From an uncultured virus (IMG/VR IMGVR_UViG_3300005961_000014) (taxonomy: Duplodnaviria > Heunggongvirae > Uroviricota > Caudoviricetes), in the IMG/VR virus record IMGVR_UViG_3300005961_000014, positions 1 to 64,000 of that record: a stretch of DNA of 64,000 bases. One strand, written 5' to 3'. The notes under the pieces are model-generated. The model did no database searches, had not been told where the DNA came from, and was given only the letters and a program-made list of their open reading frames with translations. Shown piece by piece: positions 31,114 through 39,206 of this stretch (positions are counted from its first letter, which is position 1; the number at the start of each line of letters is the position of its first letter). Both the position numbers and the translations under genes were made by a program.

Positions 31114-31145
31114 CGGCATATGGGGCGGGTTTACCCGCCCCATGC

Positions 31146-32360
31146 TTAACCGTAATGATCTTTGGTCAAAGTCCGTAACACCACGTAAAGAAACAGGCCA
31201 GTACGAACAGAAGCAATCACGCTAGGGTTCTTGGTTTTAACCCCGAGCTTGATAATGTTCTCACCAACATCGCGCATGTTCAATAGAACGGGATCAGATG
31301 ACCTAGAAGCCATGTAGAGGGCCTTCAGACGACTCAGCATACCAGAGATATCCTGCAACGGACCCCGACCTTTAAACTGCTCTGCAAGGGCGTCAAAGGC
31401 ATGTAGTAGGGTTTCATTCAACAAGCCATCAACAACAGGGTCGCGCTTAACAGCCGCATGGTGCACATAGAGCAAGGCGTCATATAACAGCTTCTCGGGC
31501 ATAGTGGTGACCATATTACCGATGACAGTAATGAGCTCCGGTTTTATGAACCGACGTTGATCAATGACGATTTCGCTCAGATAGCGACGATACGGTGGAT
31601 AGAGCCGGCTGAGGTCCTTAACGACTGTCTTGTCATCCAAAGATACTTGGGCACTATCAGACAGGATTTTAGTCTTTTGCTGTTTAATGAACTTCAGGAC
31701 ATTAGTCAAGCGTTTGACAATCGCGCGCAACCGAATCTGAATATCACTGATCATGTAGACCACTGCACCGATATCGTCAAAGCGAATGAGTGTTTGCAGA
31801 TGGATGCTGGAATCACTATAGACATCCTGCGCCCGAGCAACCAGTAGACCCATCCAACTTCCGTGTTTCTTGATAGCAAACTTCTTGGAGAGGACAGCGT
31901 AAACCGCCATGGCGCTAGGCTCATCCACCTGAAACGGCATGTAGTGGCGAAGCAGGCTGGTTAGAAGTTTGTACTGCAAAACCAGCAGAACATCCTCCAT
32001 GGCTTTCTCTTTGACATCCGTCGGTAAATCGCTGTGATAAAACCGGTGGGCAACATAGAGACACGCTAAATTGTATACGTCAGTGGCTCGCTTCCAAGTC
32101 GCTTTGATGCCGGGTAGGCGAGTGATCTGCGGACGAATACGCGTCTCATCGATGCCGAGAATATCTTCCAATAGGGTTTCGCGGTCTGAAGGAAGAAACG
32201 CAACCTTCTGCACCCCCGTGAGGTTTCCACCAAAGAACTGGGAGTGCTCGGGATTCTTATTGACGAAACGTTGACCGAAGTCATGGATTTGCTTAGCCAG
32301 CTTGGCGTCAAAGACGACATGCTTCATGGCTTCATCCAGGATACTCTTGATGTTGCTCAT
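31146..32360 (-). CDS. Conserved phiKZ-like virion protein
   Basis: FVNKN.EH..FFGGNL.GV motif, helical; start at MSNIK. Confidence 0.6.
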   Translation of the reverse strand: MSNIKSILDEAMKHVVFDAKLAKQIHDFGQRFVNKNPEHSQFFGGNLTGVQKVAFLPSDRETLLEDILGIDETRIRPQITRLPGIKATWKRATDVYNLACLYVAHRFYHSDLPTDVKEKAMEDVLLVLQYKLLTSLLRHYMPFQVDEPSAMAVYAVLSKKFAIKKHGSWMGLLVARAQDVYSDSSIHLQTLIRFDDIGAVVYMISDIQIRLRAIVKRLTNVLKFIKQQKTKILSDSAQVSLDDKTVVKDLSRLYPPYRRYLSEIVIDQRRFIKPELITVIGNMVTTMPEKLLYDALLYVHHAAVKRDPVVDGLLNETLLHAFDALAEQFKGRGPLQDISGMLSRLKALYMASRSSDPVLLNMRDVGENIIKLGVKTKNPSVIASVRTGLFLYVVLRTLTKDHYG

Positions 32361-32431
32361 TGCGGGCACACTCATGGGGTGTAAGAAAAAACGTCTGAAC
32401 ACATAGTTTAGACCAGACCAGGGGATACAGC

Positions 32432-32674
32432 ATGATTGGTTTACCGGATGTTATTTATTGCGGACGGTTTGGGAAGTTACTTGCAGTTGGGAATGTAGCG
32501 CCTGAACGCTATCTATCCAGACTGCTGGCGGGTGGTTACACTTACTTGTTCAGTGTTTCATCCACCATTGATAAAAATGATCCGACATTGGTTCCCGCTA
32601 TGAAGCTAGCCATGTCTTGGGATCGTGTTAAAGATGATATGTCAAAAGCGGAGCTGCAACATGGATTCCGATGA
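32432..32674 (+). CDS. Hypothetical protein
   Basis: RBS and ORF. Confidence 0.5.
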   Translation: MIGLPDVIYCGRFGKLLAVGNVAPERYLSRLLAGGYTYLFSVSSTIDKNDPTLVPAMKLAMSWDRVKDDMSKAELQHGFR

Positions 32675-32852
32675 ACTCACCAGTTACCAAATGGACTATG
32701 ATCCGGAAATCGATACGGACATGGACATTGGATGTGCAACGGTTTGCATATCTGACTCTGAATGAACGCAATTGTACGTATACACTACAATAGTGTCATG
32801 GGGTAAACCGCCAACCCCTTTAATACTGGCGGATAACGCGTGAGAGGTTATT

Positions 32853-33098
32853 ATGAAACTGGAAGATCTGTATCCCGAGAACCGTGTCCTTGTTGTCAAG
32901 AAAGTGGAAGACACCGAGAACGACTATCTGGTAGCCGGCAAAGGCGTTGTGACGGGCGTGGTCAGCATTCCGACTGCTGTCAAGACTGGTGACTACATCA
33001 CGCTGAAGGCGGAAGAAGACGGCACGCTGGTGTTCGACTTCGGCGGACAGATTCAGGAGTCTATCAGGTTGGTTCAGCGGAGCTTTGGGAGCCGTTGA
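32853..33098 (+). CDS. Hypothetical protein
   Basis: GAGG RBS. Confidence 0.6.
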   Translation: MKLEDLYPENRVLVVKKVEDTENDYLVAGKGVVTGVVSIPTAVKTGDYITLKAEEDGTLVFDFGGQIQESIRLVQRSFGSR

Positions 33099-33343
33099 AC
33101 AACGTTGACCAAGCCATGGCTGTCTGTTTTGCTTTTAGTTTCGATGTCAGTCGGAAATCTCGATCGCGTGTTTGTGTGTCAACCGAGGATCGCTACGCTG
33201 TAGCTAATTACATTGATTTCAACGATACTACGCGTATTCGTAATAGTGCGGATATCGTGGTATGGGGTAAAGCGTTCTGTCACGCCACTGTTGCTTTGGC
33301 TGGTTTCATGTCACGAACTGGGATTGAGGGAAGATTGGGATGA
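33095..33343 (+). CDS. Hypothetical protein
   Basis: Coupled overlaps with neighbours. Confidence 0.45.
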   Translation: MNNVDQAMAVCFAFSFDVSRKSRSRVCVSTEDRYAVANYIDFNDTTRIRNSADIVVWGKAFCHATVALAGFMSRTGIEGRLG

Positions 33344-33708
33344 AACTGCTTGATGCATTGTTAACGCATTGGTTTGGTCCGCGAGAGATTATCCCGCGCT
33401 ATTTGGACCAAACGCAACACTTTCATACAAGCGATGGTGATTGGATCTTGCAGAAGGTCCGCTATGAAGAGACGCGACTCGGTCTGCGATTTGGGGTTAT
33501 CGAACTGAGTCCTGTCCAGATCGTGGGGTACGGATATCGCGTAGTAGCATCACCCAGACCTGTGCATCCAAACTATCTGCACCATCGTAATACGGATCTC
33601 CAGCGCGCGCTGGAGAAGGCTGAACAAGGGATGCGAATTGCTGATCGAGAACGCATGGAAAACGCTTTGCTGTTCAAGGACAAGTTCTTTCCATACCCAG
33701 AAGCGTAA
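33340..33708 (+). CDS. Hypothetical protein
   Basis: ATGA overlap with upstream gene. Confidence 0.55.
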   Translation: MKLLDALLTHWFGPREIIPRYLDQTQHFHTSDGDWILQKVRYEETRLGLRFGVIELSPVQIVGYGYRVVASPRPVHPNYLHHRNTDLQRALEKAEQGMRIADRERMENALLFKDKFFPYPEA

Positions 33709-33779
33709 GCTGGTTACTTTTCACAGTTTAGGACATCCTCTGTGATGACCTAAACTTTTATGCCACCGAGGAGAGGAAT

Positions 33780-35120
33780 ATGCGTAACAAAGTCACCCCG
33801 ACAACAATGATGTCGGAGGTTATGGTTAATGTGGTATCGGACTTCATGAAAGGGATGATCAGCAACATCCCTGATAAGCTGATCACCTTCACCACTGACC
33901 AACTCACTGTGACCCTCACGCTGTCCACCGGACAGTATTCAAACGAACCGAACTTCTACGCGTTCATGCAGTGGTTCTTTAAGCATCCCGCTTCCAAGAA
34001 GATCCGGAACATCGTGCTGGATTACTATCGCGATGAGGACTGGAACCGACTCACCGCGTTGGGTCCAGCCAACGGCAAGTATTACTTCTGGCACAAGGGG
34101 CGGTTGTTCTGGTTCAATCGTGAAACGCACAAGATGCCGAATGAGACCCAGAACACGGTCATGATCAGCACCTATGGACGTGACCAGAAACCCTTGCTGA
34201 ATCTCTTGGCAGAGTTTCAGGTGAAGGAGTCTCGCGGTGAACGCATCTACAGCTACAGTTGGAAAGGGGACGGCTGGAGCAATCAAACCAAAGTCGCGCC
34301 GCGACCCTTGGACACCATTGCCATTGACAAGGCTGTGTTGAACAAGATCATCAGCGCGATTGATGAGTTCAAGGCGGCGCGTGAGTGGTATGTTCAAACG
34401 GGTATCCCGTACAAGTTGGTCATCATGCTTTACGGACCTCCTGGGACCGGGAAGACTTCTCTGACACGGGCGCTGGCAACGCATTACAAGAGCAACATCA
34501 ATCGCCTCAGCCCCAGCGGACTCTCGGAAGAGCAGCTTTTCATGGCGATCTCATCGGTTCAGCCTGGCGATATCCTGTTCATGGATGATTTCAACGCCAA
34601 TGGGGATTTCTGTATCCGTCGCGGTATGGAAGGTGAAGCTCAGCGCCTGAAGGCAAAGCGTGAAAGTGATACGGATGCTGAAGATGCCCGGGAAGCTGAA
34701 AAGTTGGGAGGGTCTTTGGTCATTCCGGCAAAGCGTCAATTATCACTCGAGGATGAAGGCGGTGGAAAGGATTCGACGATTGAGTCGTTGCTGAAGAGTT
34801 ACAGTCTGGGCTCTTTGCAGGGATTCCTCCAAGCCATTGATGGTGTGGTTCCTCTGGATGATGTGGTTGTCATCATGACGACTAACACAATCGATCAGGT
34901 TGATCCTGCCTGCCTGCGTTGGGGGCGGGTGGACGTAACCGTTGAAATCCCGCATCTGCATCACGAGGCCATTGTTGACTACATCACGCGGATCTGGCCT
35001 GGCAAGTCGATCCCTGATGTGGTTTTCTCAGATATCCCCGGGTGTGATCTGGCGCAGGCTTTGTCTGAAAATCGTCACGACTTCAATGCGTTTATCGACG
35101 CTATTCCGAAGGCGATGTAA
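33780..35120 (+). CDS. BCS1-like AAA+ ATPase
   Basis: RPLDT, EWY...GIPYK, Walker A YGPPGTGKTS, AIDG, MTTN, DPA.LR.GRVD; BCS1-type N-domain (GP..G.Y.FWHKG..FW..R). Confidence 0.8.
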   Translation: MRNKVTPTTMMSEVMVNVVSDFMKGMISNIPDKLITFTTDQLTVTLTLSTGQYSNEPNFYAFMQWFFKHPASKKIRNIVLDYYRDEDWNRLTALGPANGKYYFWHKGRLFWFNRETHKMPNETQNTVMISTYGRDQKPLLNLLAEFQVKESRGERIYSYSWKGDGWSNQTKVAPRPLDTIAIDKAVLNKIISAIDEFKAAREWYVQTGIPYKLVIMLYGPPGTGKTSLTRALATHYKSNINRLSPSGLSEEQLFMAISSVQPGDILFMDDFNANGDFCIRRGMEGEAQRLKAKRESDTDAEDAREAEKLGGSLVIPAKRQLSLEDEGGGKDSTIESLLKSYSLGSLQGFLQAIDGVVPLDDVVVIMTTNTIDQVDPACLRWGRVDVTVEIPHLHHEAIVDYITRIWPGKSIPDVVFSDIPGCDLAQALSENRHDFNAFIDAIPKAM

Positions 35121-35177
35121 GGCATAGCAGCATAACCAAGGGAGGTGTTCCTCCCTTTTCTTTTTTGGAGAACGAAT

Positions 35178-35615
35178 ATGTACGAACCTGCTTTTGGTAA
35201 CATCCTTACGACACGGGCAGCCGGAATTGTAATCCCTGTTAACACTGTCGGGGTTCCGGGAAAAGGGTTGGCAAAACAGGCTGCTGATTTGGTACCGGGA
35301 TGGGAAGAAGATTACAAAGCCAGTTGCGATTTTCTGGAGGTTGGTTCAGTGTCGCTGTACTGGCTTGATAAATCGACAGTCTTCATTTCGCTACCTACGA
35401 AACGGCACTGGCGTGATCCCTCAAAACTTGAGTGGATTGCAGCGGGTTTAGACGCTACCATCAAAGCGTGCGAGGCTGAGAATATTCCCACTATTGCCAT
35501 ACCCATGTTGGGATGTGGATGTGGGGAACTTAATTGGGCTGATGTGCGTGCATTAATTCGTGAACGGTTTGATAAGACCGCAGTGAAGGCGTACATTTAC
35601 GGACCCTTAACGTAA
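35178..35615 (+). CDS. Macrodomain ADP-ribosylhydrolase (DarG-like)
   Basis: GNI, VNTVGV.GKGLA, LPTKRHWR.PS..EWI..GL, IAIP.LGCG.G.L.W. Confidence 0.8.
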   Translation: MYEPAFGNILTTRAAGIVIPVNTVGVPGKGLAKQAADLVPGWEEDYKASCDFLEVGSVSLYWLDKSTVFISLPTKRHWRDPSKLEWIAAGLDATIKACEAENIPTIAIPMLGCGCGELNWADVRALIRERFDKTAVKAYIYGPLT

Positions 35616-35620
35616 ACGTA

Positions 35621-35643
35621 TCCAGATACATATCACCTAGTTG
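35621..35643 (+). promoter_or_regulatory. Putative phage early promoter
   Basis: CCAGATACATATCACCTAGTTG. Confidence 0.6.
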
Positions 35644-35669
35644 ACTATACACCTCATAGGAGAGATAAC

Positions 35670-36104
35670 ATGAGTGTAAACTCTATTTCGGCTTTACTGA
35701 ACCGTTTTCGCACAACGTCTGTGAATATCCGACCGCATAAAGGGATTCAACGACCTCTGATGATGGTGTACTGTAACTCAGCCAGTTACGGTGAACTCGT
35801 ATCGGGTCTGGGGGAATACTTAACGCCTATTGATAGTCCAGTTATCCAGAATGCTTACCGCTGTCCGAAGCGGTACTGCAATGCTCTGGAAGACGGCATC
35901 ATGATGCTTGTCATTGATGACAAAGTACCAGACGGTGAGGTACTGGCGGGAGTGCGTGACATTGGTGTTGATAAGCTACTGGAAAGCACAATCCCGTGGA
36001 TCATGGATATTGACCCAGCAGTCCGTTTGAAGATTGCTGCGTGGCAACCGACTGCGGATAACATCCGTACTCATTCGGTTACATTGGTTGGAACAGATGT
36101 CTAA
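35670..36104 (+). CDS. Hypothetical protein
   Basis: AGGAG RBS. Confidence 0.65.
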   Translation: MSVNSISALLNRFRTTSVNIRPHKGIQRPLMMVYCNSASYGELVSGLGEYLTPIDSPVIQNAYRCPKRYCNALEDGIMMLVIDDKVPDGEVLAGVRDIGVDKLLESTIPWIMDIDPAVRLKIAAWQPTADNIRTHSVTLVGTDV

Positions 36105-36133
36105 CCCCCTCACAAGTTTTAAGGAGTAACATC

Positions 36134-36628
36134 ATGGAACAAAAAGTTGTAACACTGGATTCGCTGCTGAAGGTCTTGCATATGGATCGAAAACTGAGCA
36201 GCGCTGATGAGGTCCTGGAAGCTGAGAGGCTCATTGGTGACGTGCTTCGGATGTCTGGTGCAGAGATTGACACTCTCGTTGCTTTGTATGAACGAGGACC
36301 GCTTTATGATGGAGATGTCCCCAGTAAGTCCGGACGCGATGCGCTTCTGCGTTCGGATATGGCTGCTAAGGTCATCGTGGGGGGTGATGATGGGTATAAT
36401 GCTTGCACCTATAAGGGAGGGCGTGCGTATCGGGTCTTTACAGCCGGTGCACGCAAGATGCCGTTGACTGATGCGGATGTTTACCAATGTGGTAAGTGTG
36501 GTGGGACTGGTAAGGATGATGGGCTCCACTGTCACACTTGTCACGGGAAAGGACGTATTCCATCTCTGGGTTTGAAATATGAAACAACTGACATGTGTTC
36601 GGAAAGTAAAAACCCGAGACAGGTTTGA
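36134..36628 (+). CDS. Hypothetical protein with DnaJ-type zinc finger
   Basis: CGKCGGTG...CHTCHGKG. Confidence 0.65.
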   Translation: MEQKVVTLDSLLKVLHMDRKLSSADEVLEAERLIGDVLRMSGAEIDTLVALYERGPLYDGDVPSKSGRDALLRSDMAAKVIVGGDDGYNACTYKGGRAYRVFTAGARKMPLTDADVYQCGKCGGTGKDDGLHCHTCHGKGRIPSLGLKYETTDMCSESKNPRQV

Positions 36629-36860
36629 CAACAAACTAACCATCGCTGAGTTTAAACACGGTAACCTGCCTGGTTTCTTCTACCGCGTGCAAATACTTCA
36701 CCTAGAAAGCGGTAGACAGTATTTGGATTGGCGATGGTCGTTAGGTGCCATACCGGTTCTTTCGGACAAAACACTACCGGGTGGTACGGCAGGTTTGAAA
36801 TACTGGATATCGACCATCCGCGAACGACACACCACTAAACGCCGTTCATCAACAGCATAA
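36579..36860 (+). CDS. Hypothetical protein
   Basis: ORF filling the gap before thyA. Confidence 0.45.
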   Translation: MKQLTCVRKVKTRDRFDNKLTIAEFKHGNLPGFFYRVQILHLESGRQYLDWRWSLGAIPVLSDKTLPGGTAGLKYWISTIRERHTTKRRSSTA

Positions 36861-36903
36861 CCCGTGACTTGAACGGCGGAAAAACAACCCAAGGAGTAAC
36901 AAC

Positions 36904-38004
36904 ATGCAACAGTACAAGAACCTGCTTCGCGATATTTTGACCAATGGCCGTCGTCGTGGGGATCGCACCGGTACCGGTACTCTGTCTGTGTTTGGTCGCC
37001 AACTTACCTTCAATCTACAGGAAGGTTTTCCGCTCGTCACGCTGAAGCGCACCCCGTGGCGGGCAGTTGTTGCAGAATTGATTTGGTTTCTGGAAGGAAG
37101 CACATGTAACAACCGCCTGCGGTTGCTTTCTAGTGTGAACAAAGATCAACGCGGGATCTGGGACCAGTGGGTCCTTACTGAAGAATTCGCACAGGCTAAC
37201 CCGGTAACAATCGATGGGGTTAATGCTATTGACACAAGGCGAATCGGTTCTCTGGGTCCCATTTACGGCGGTCAGTGGCGCAACTGGTGCGGTGTTGCGG
37301 ATCTTTCCGATGGACAGGTCGGAAGAGAGCGTGTTGATCAAATACGTGGGTTGGTTAATAGCCTGAAACACAATCCGTATTCGCGGCGGCACATTGTCTC
37401 TGCGTGGAGCGTTACCGATCTGCCGGATGAATCCAAATCACCGCAACAGAACGTTCTGGAGGGTCGGATGTCGCTTGCACCCTGCCACCCATTTTGGCAG
37501 TGCTACGTCCGTGACATGACGCTTGAAGAACGGTTGGAGTACTACAACACCCACCTGGCTAGTATCGGAATGCGCTTGGGAATAGATGCCAGCACGGACC
37601 ATGCGGCGACGCACGAGCTGCTGGACAAGCTGGGCGTGTGCAGCCGTTACCTGGATCTGCATCTGTATCAGCGGAGTTGGGATGTCCCCGTGGGTGCACC
37701 CTTCAATATCGCCAGCTACGCGTTGTTGACACATTTGTTGGCGATGGAATGTGGTTACCTGCCGGGTGAATTGATCATCAGTACTGGTGATGCACACATC
37801 TACTCCAACCAGATGGCTGAGGTGGATATCATGATGATGCGCGACATTCGCCCCATGCCCAAGTTCCGCCTGGATGCCTTGGTGAATCTGTCGGATATCA
37901 TGAATCCGTACATCGAGGACAAATCTGAAATCATTCAGCGCATCTGTGACGGTATTGAGGGTTACGATCCTCACCCGGCAATCAAGATCGCTGTTGCTAC
38001 TTGA
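36904..38004 (+). CDS. thyA: Thymidylate synthase
   Basis: DRTGTGT, ELIWFL.G, LGPIYG.QWR, SRRHIVSAW, LAPCH, QRSWD...G.PFNIASY, GDAHIY.N. Confidence 0.95.
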   Translation: MQQYKNLLRDILTNGRRRGDRTGTGTLSVFGRQLTFNLQEGFPLVTLKRTPWRAVVAELIWFLEGSTCNNRLRLLSSVNKDQRGIWDQWVLTEEFAQANPVTIDGVNAIDTRRIGSLGPIYGGQWRNWCGVADLSDGQVGRERVDQIRGLVNSLKHNPYSRRHIVSAWSVTDLPDESKSPQQNVLEGRMSLAPCHPFWQCYVRDMTLEERLEYYNTHLASIGMRLGIDASTDHAATHELLDKLGVCSRYLDLHLYQRSWDVPVGAPFNIASYALLTHLLAMECGYLPGELIISTGDAHIYSNQMAEVDIMMMRDIRPMPKFRLDALVNLSDIMNPYIEDKSEIIQRICDGIEGYDPHPAIKIAVAT

Positions 38005-38065
38005 CCAACCATAGCCCAACTCTTCGGAGTTGGGCGCATATTGCTTATAAAAGGGGGATAGCTCC

Positions 38066-38584
38066 ATGAATCGTGTTCCACTTTCAACACCCATCGTTGA
38101 GATTGGGTTTGCTACTCGGGCACTCAATGCACTGACGGCGGATGGTGCTCACACTCTTGCTGATGTCATTGCACGAGGAAGAAAAGGAATCTCATGCTTG
38201 CCCAACGTCGGTGGAAGCACTGTGATACACATTGCCGATATGGTGACGGAGTGCGGCTATACTCTAGAAACCCATGGTCGGATTCCGCTGGTTGACAACG
38301 ATGGAATCATGCGTGTTGGGTACGATGATAAGATCGGCTTGGTTTTCCCTGAAGCTGTTGTTGAAGAGAATATCAACAGCTTGATCGAGCGTGGTTCGAG
38401 ATTTACTGTGGGTGGCCCATTGGAAGTTAGTTACTTGCGCGTATTGATCAAGCGTGGCGTGATCAAGAATCTGATCTTTGTCTGGGGTGAGCACCAAATA
38501 GTTGTCGACGACGATGGTATGATTTACAACTGGCCAACCGGCTGGTGCGATCGCTGCGATGGTTGGATGATGGAATTGTTTTAG
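38066..38584 (+). CDS. RNA polymerase alpha-CTD-like domain protein
   Basis: PI.EIGF.TRALNAL...G..TL.DV......I..LPNVG..T...I fits the alpha-CTD pattern; C-terminal DDDG...NWP.GW.D. Confidence 0.65.
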   Translation: MNRVPLSTPIVEIGFATRALNALTADGAHTLADVIARGRKGISCLPNVGGSTVIHIADMVTECGYTLETHGRIPLVDNDGIMRVGYDDKIGLVFPEAVVEENINSLIERGSRFTVGGPLEVSYLRVLIKRGVIKNLIFVWGEHQIVVDDDGMIYNWPTGWCDRCDGWMMELF

Positions 38585-38593
38585 GGGGTAGGT

Positions 38594-38797
38594 ATGCTGA
38601 TTTCTCTGGATGATGGACATACGTGGTTTGAAACAGACCACTTGAAGGTAAAGACGCAAGCTACGGAAGAAACGGAGTCCGAAATCTTCACTATTGTAGA
38701 AACGGGAGTGCGTGCTACGGCTTATCTGACAGATGGGTCGGTGTATACGGAGGGTGAAGCTTCTTGGGAACAGATTCTCAAACAAGTGGAGGTGTAA
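38594..38797 (+). CDS. Hypothetical protein
   Basis: RBS and ORF. Confidence 0.55.
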   Translation: MLISLDDGHTWFETDHLKVKTQATEETESEIFTIVETGVRATAYLTDGSVYTEGEASWEQILKQVEV

Positions 38798-38798
38798 G

Positions 38799-39092
38799 AT
38801 GTCCGAGTTAATAACAACGACCGAGGATATCGAAGCTGTCATTGCAGAATATCGTCGTGTCAACCTGAAGTTACAACAAGGTATTATTCCACTCCCCACT
38901 ACGGTAACCATGTTCTTCCTGAATGGTGGAGATGGATGTTTTAGTGTAGGGTTCCCACCCTGTTGGAAAGGTTTCTATGGAAAAGTACTACATGGGGATG
39001 TCTTCGAGCGACCACCCACGCGTAGTCCGATGTTGATTCGGCATTTTAATCGTTACGAGATCTACTCACCATACAACACATGCAACTCGTAG
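38799..39092 (+). CDS. Hypothetical protein
   Basis: GGAGG RBS. Confidence 0.55.
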   Translation: MSELITTTEDIEAVIAEYRRVNLKLQQGIIPLPTTVTMFFLNGGDGCFSVGFPPCWKGFYGKVLHGDVFERPPTRSPMLIRHFNRYEIYSPYNTCNS

Positions 39093-39206
39093 TCACAACA
39101 CCATGCATGAAAAGGGGCATTGGGTCCCCTTTTCATATGCCCTAGTTAGATTTTATTTTTTTGGACATCCTACGTGTCTACACTTTAACAACCCAACGGG
39201 GATATC

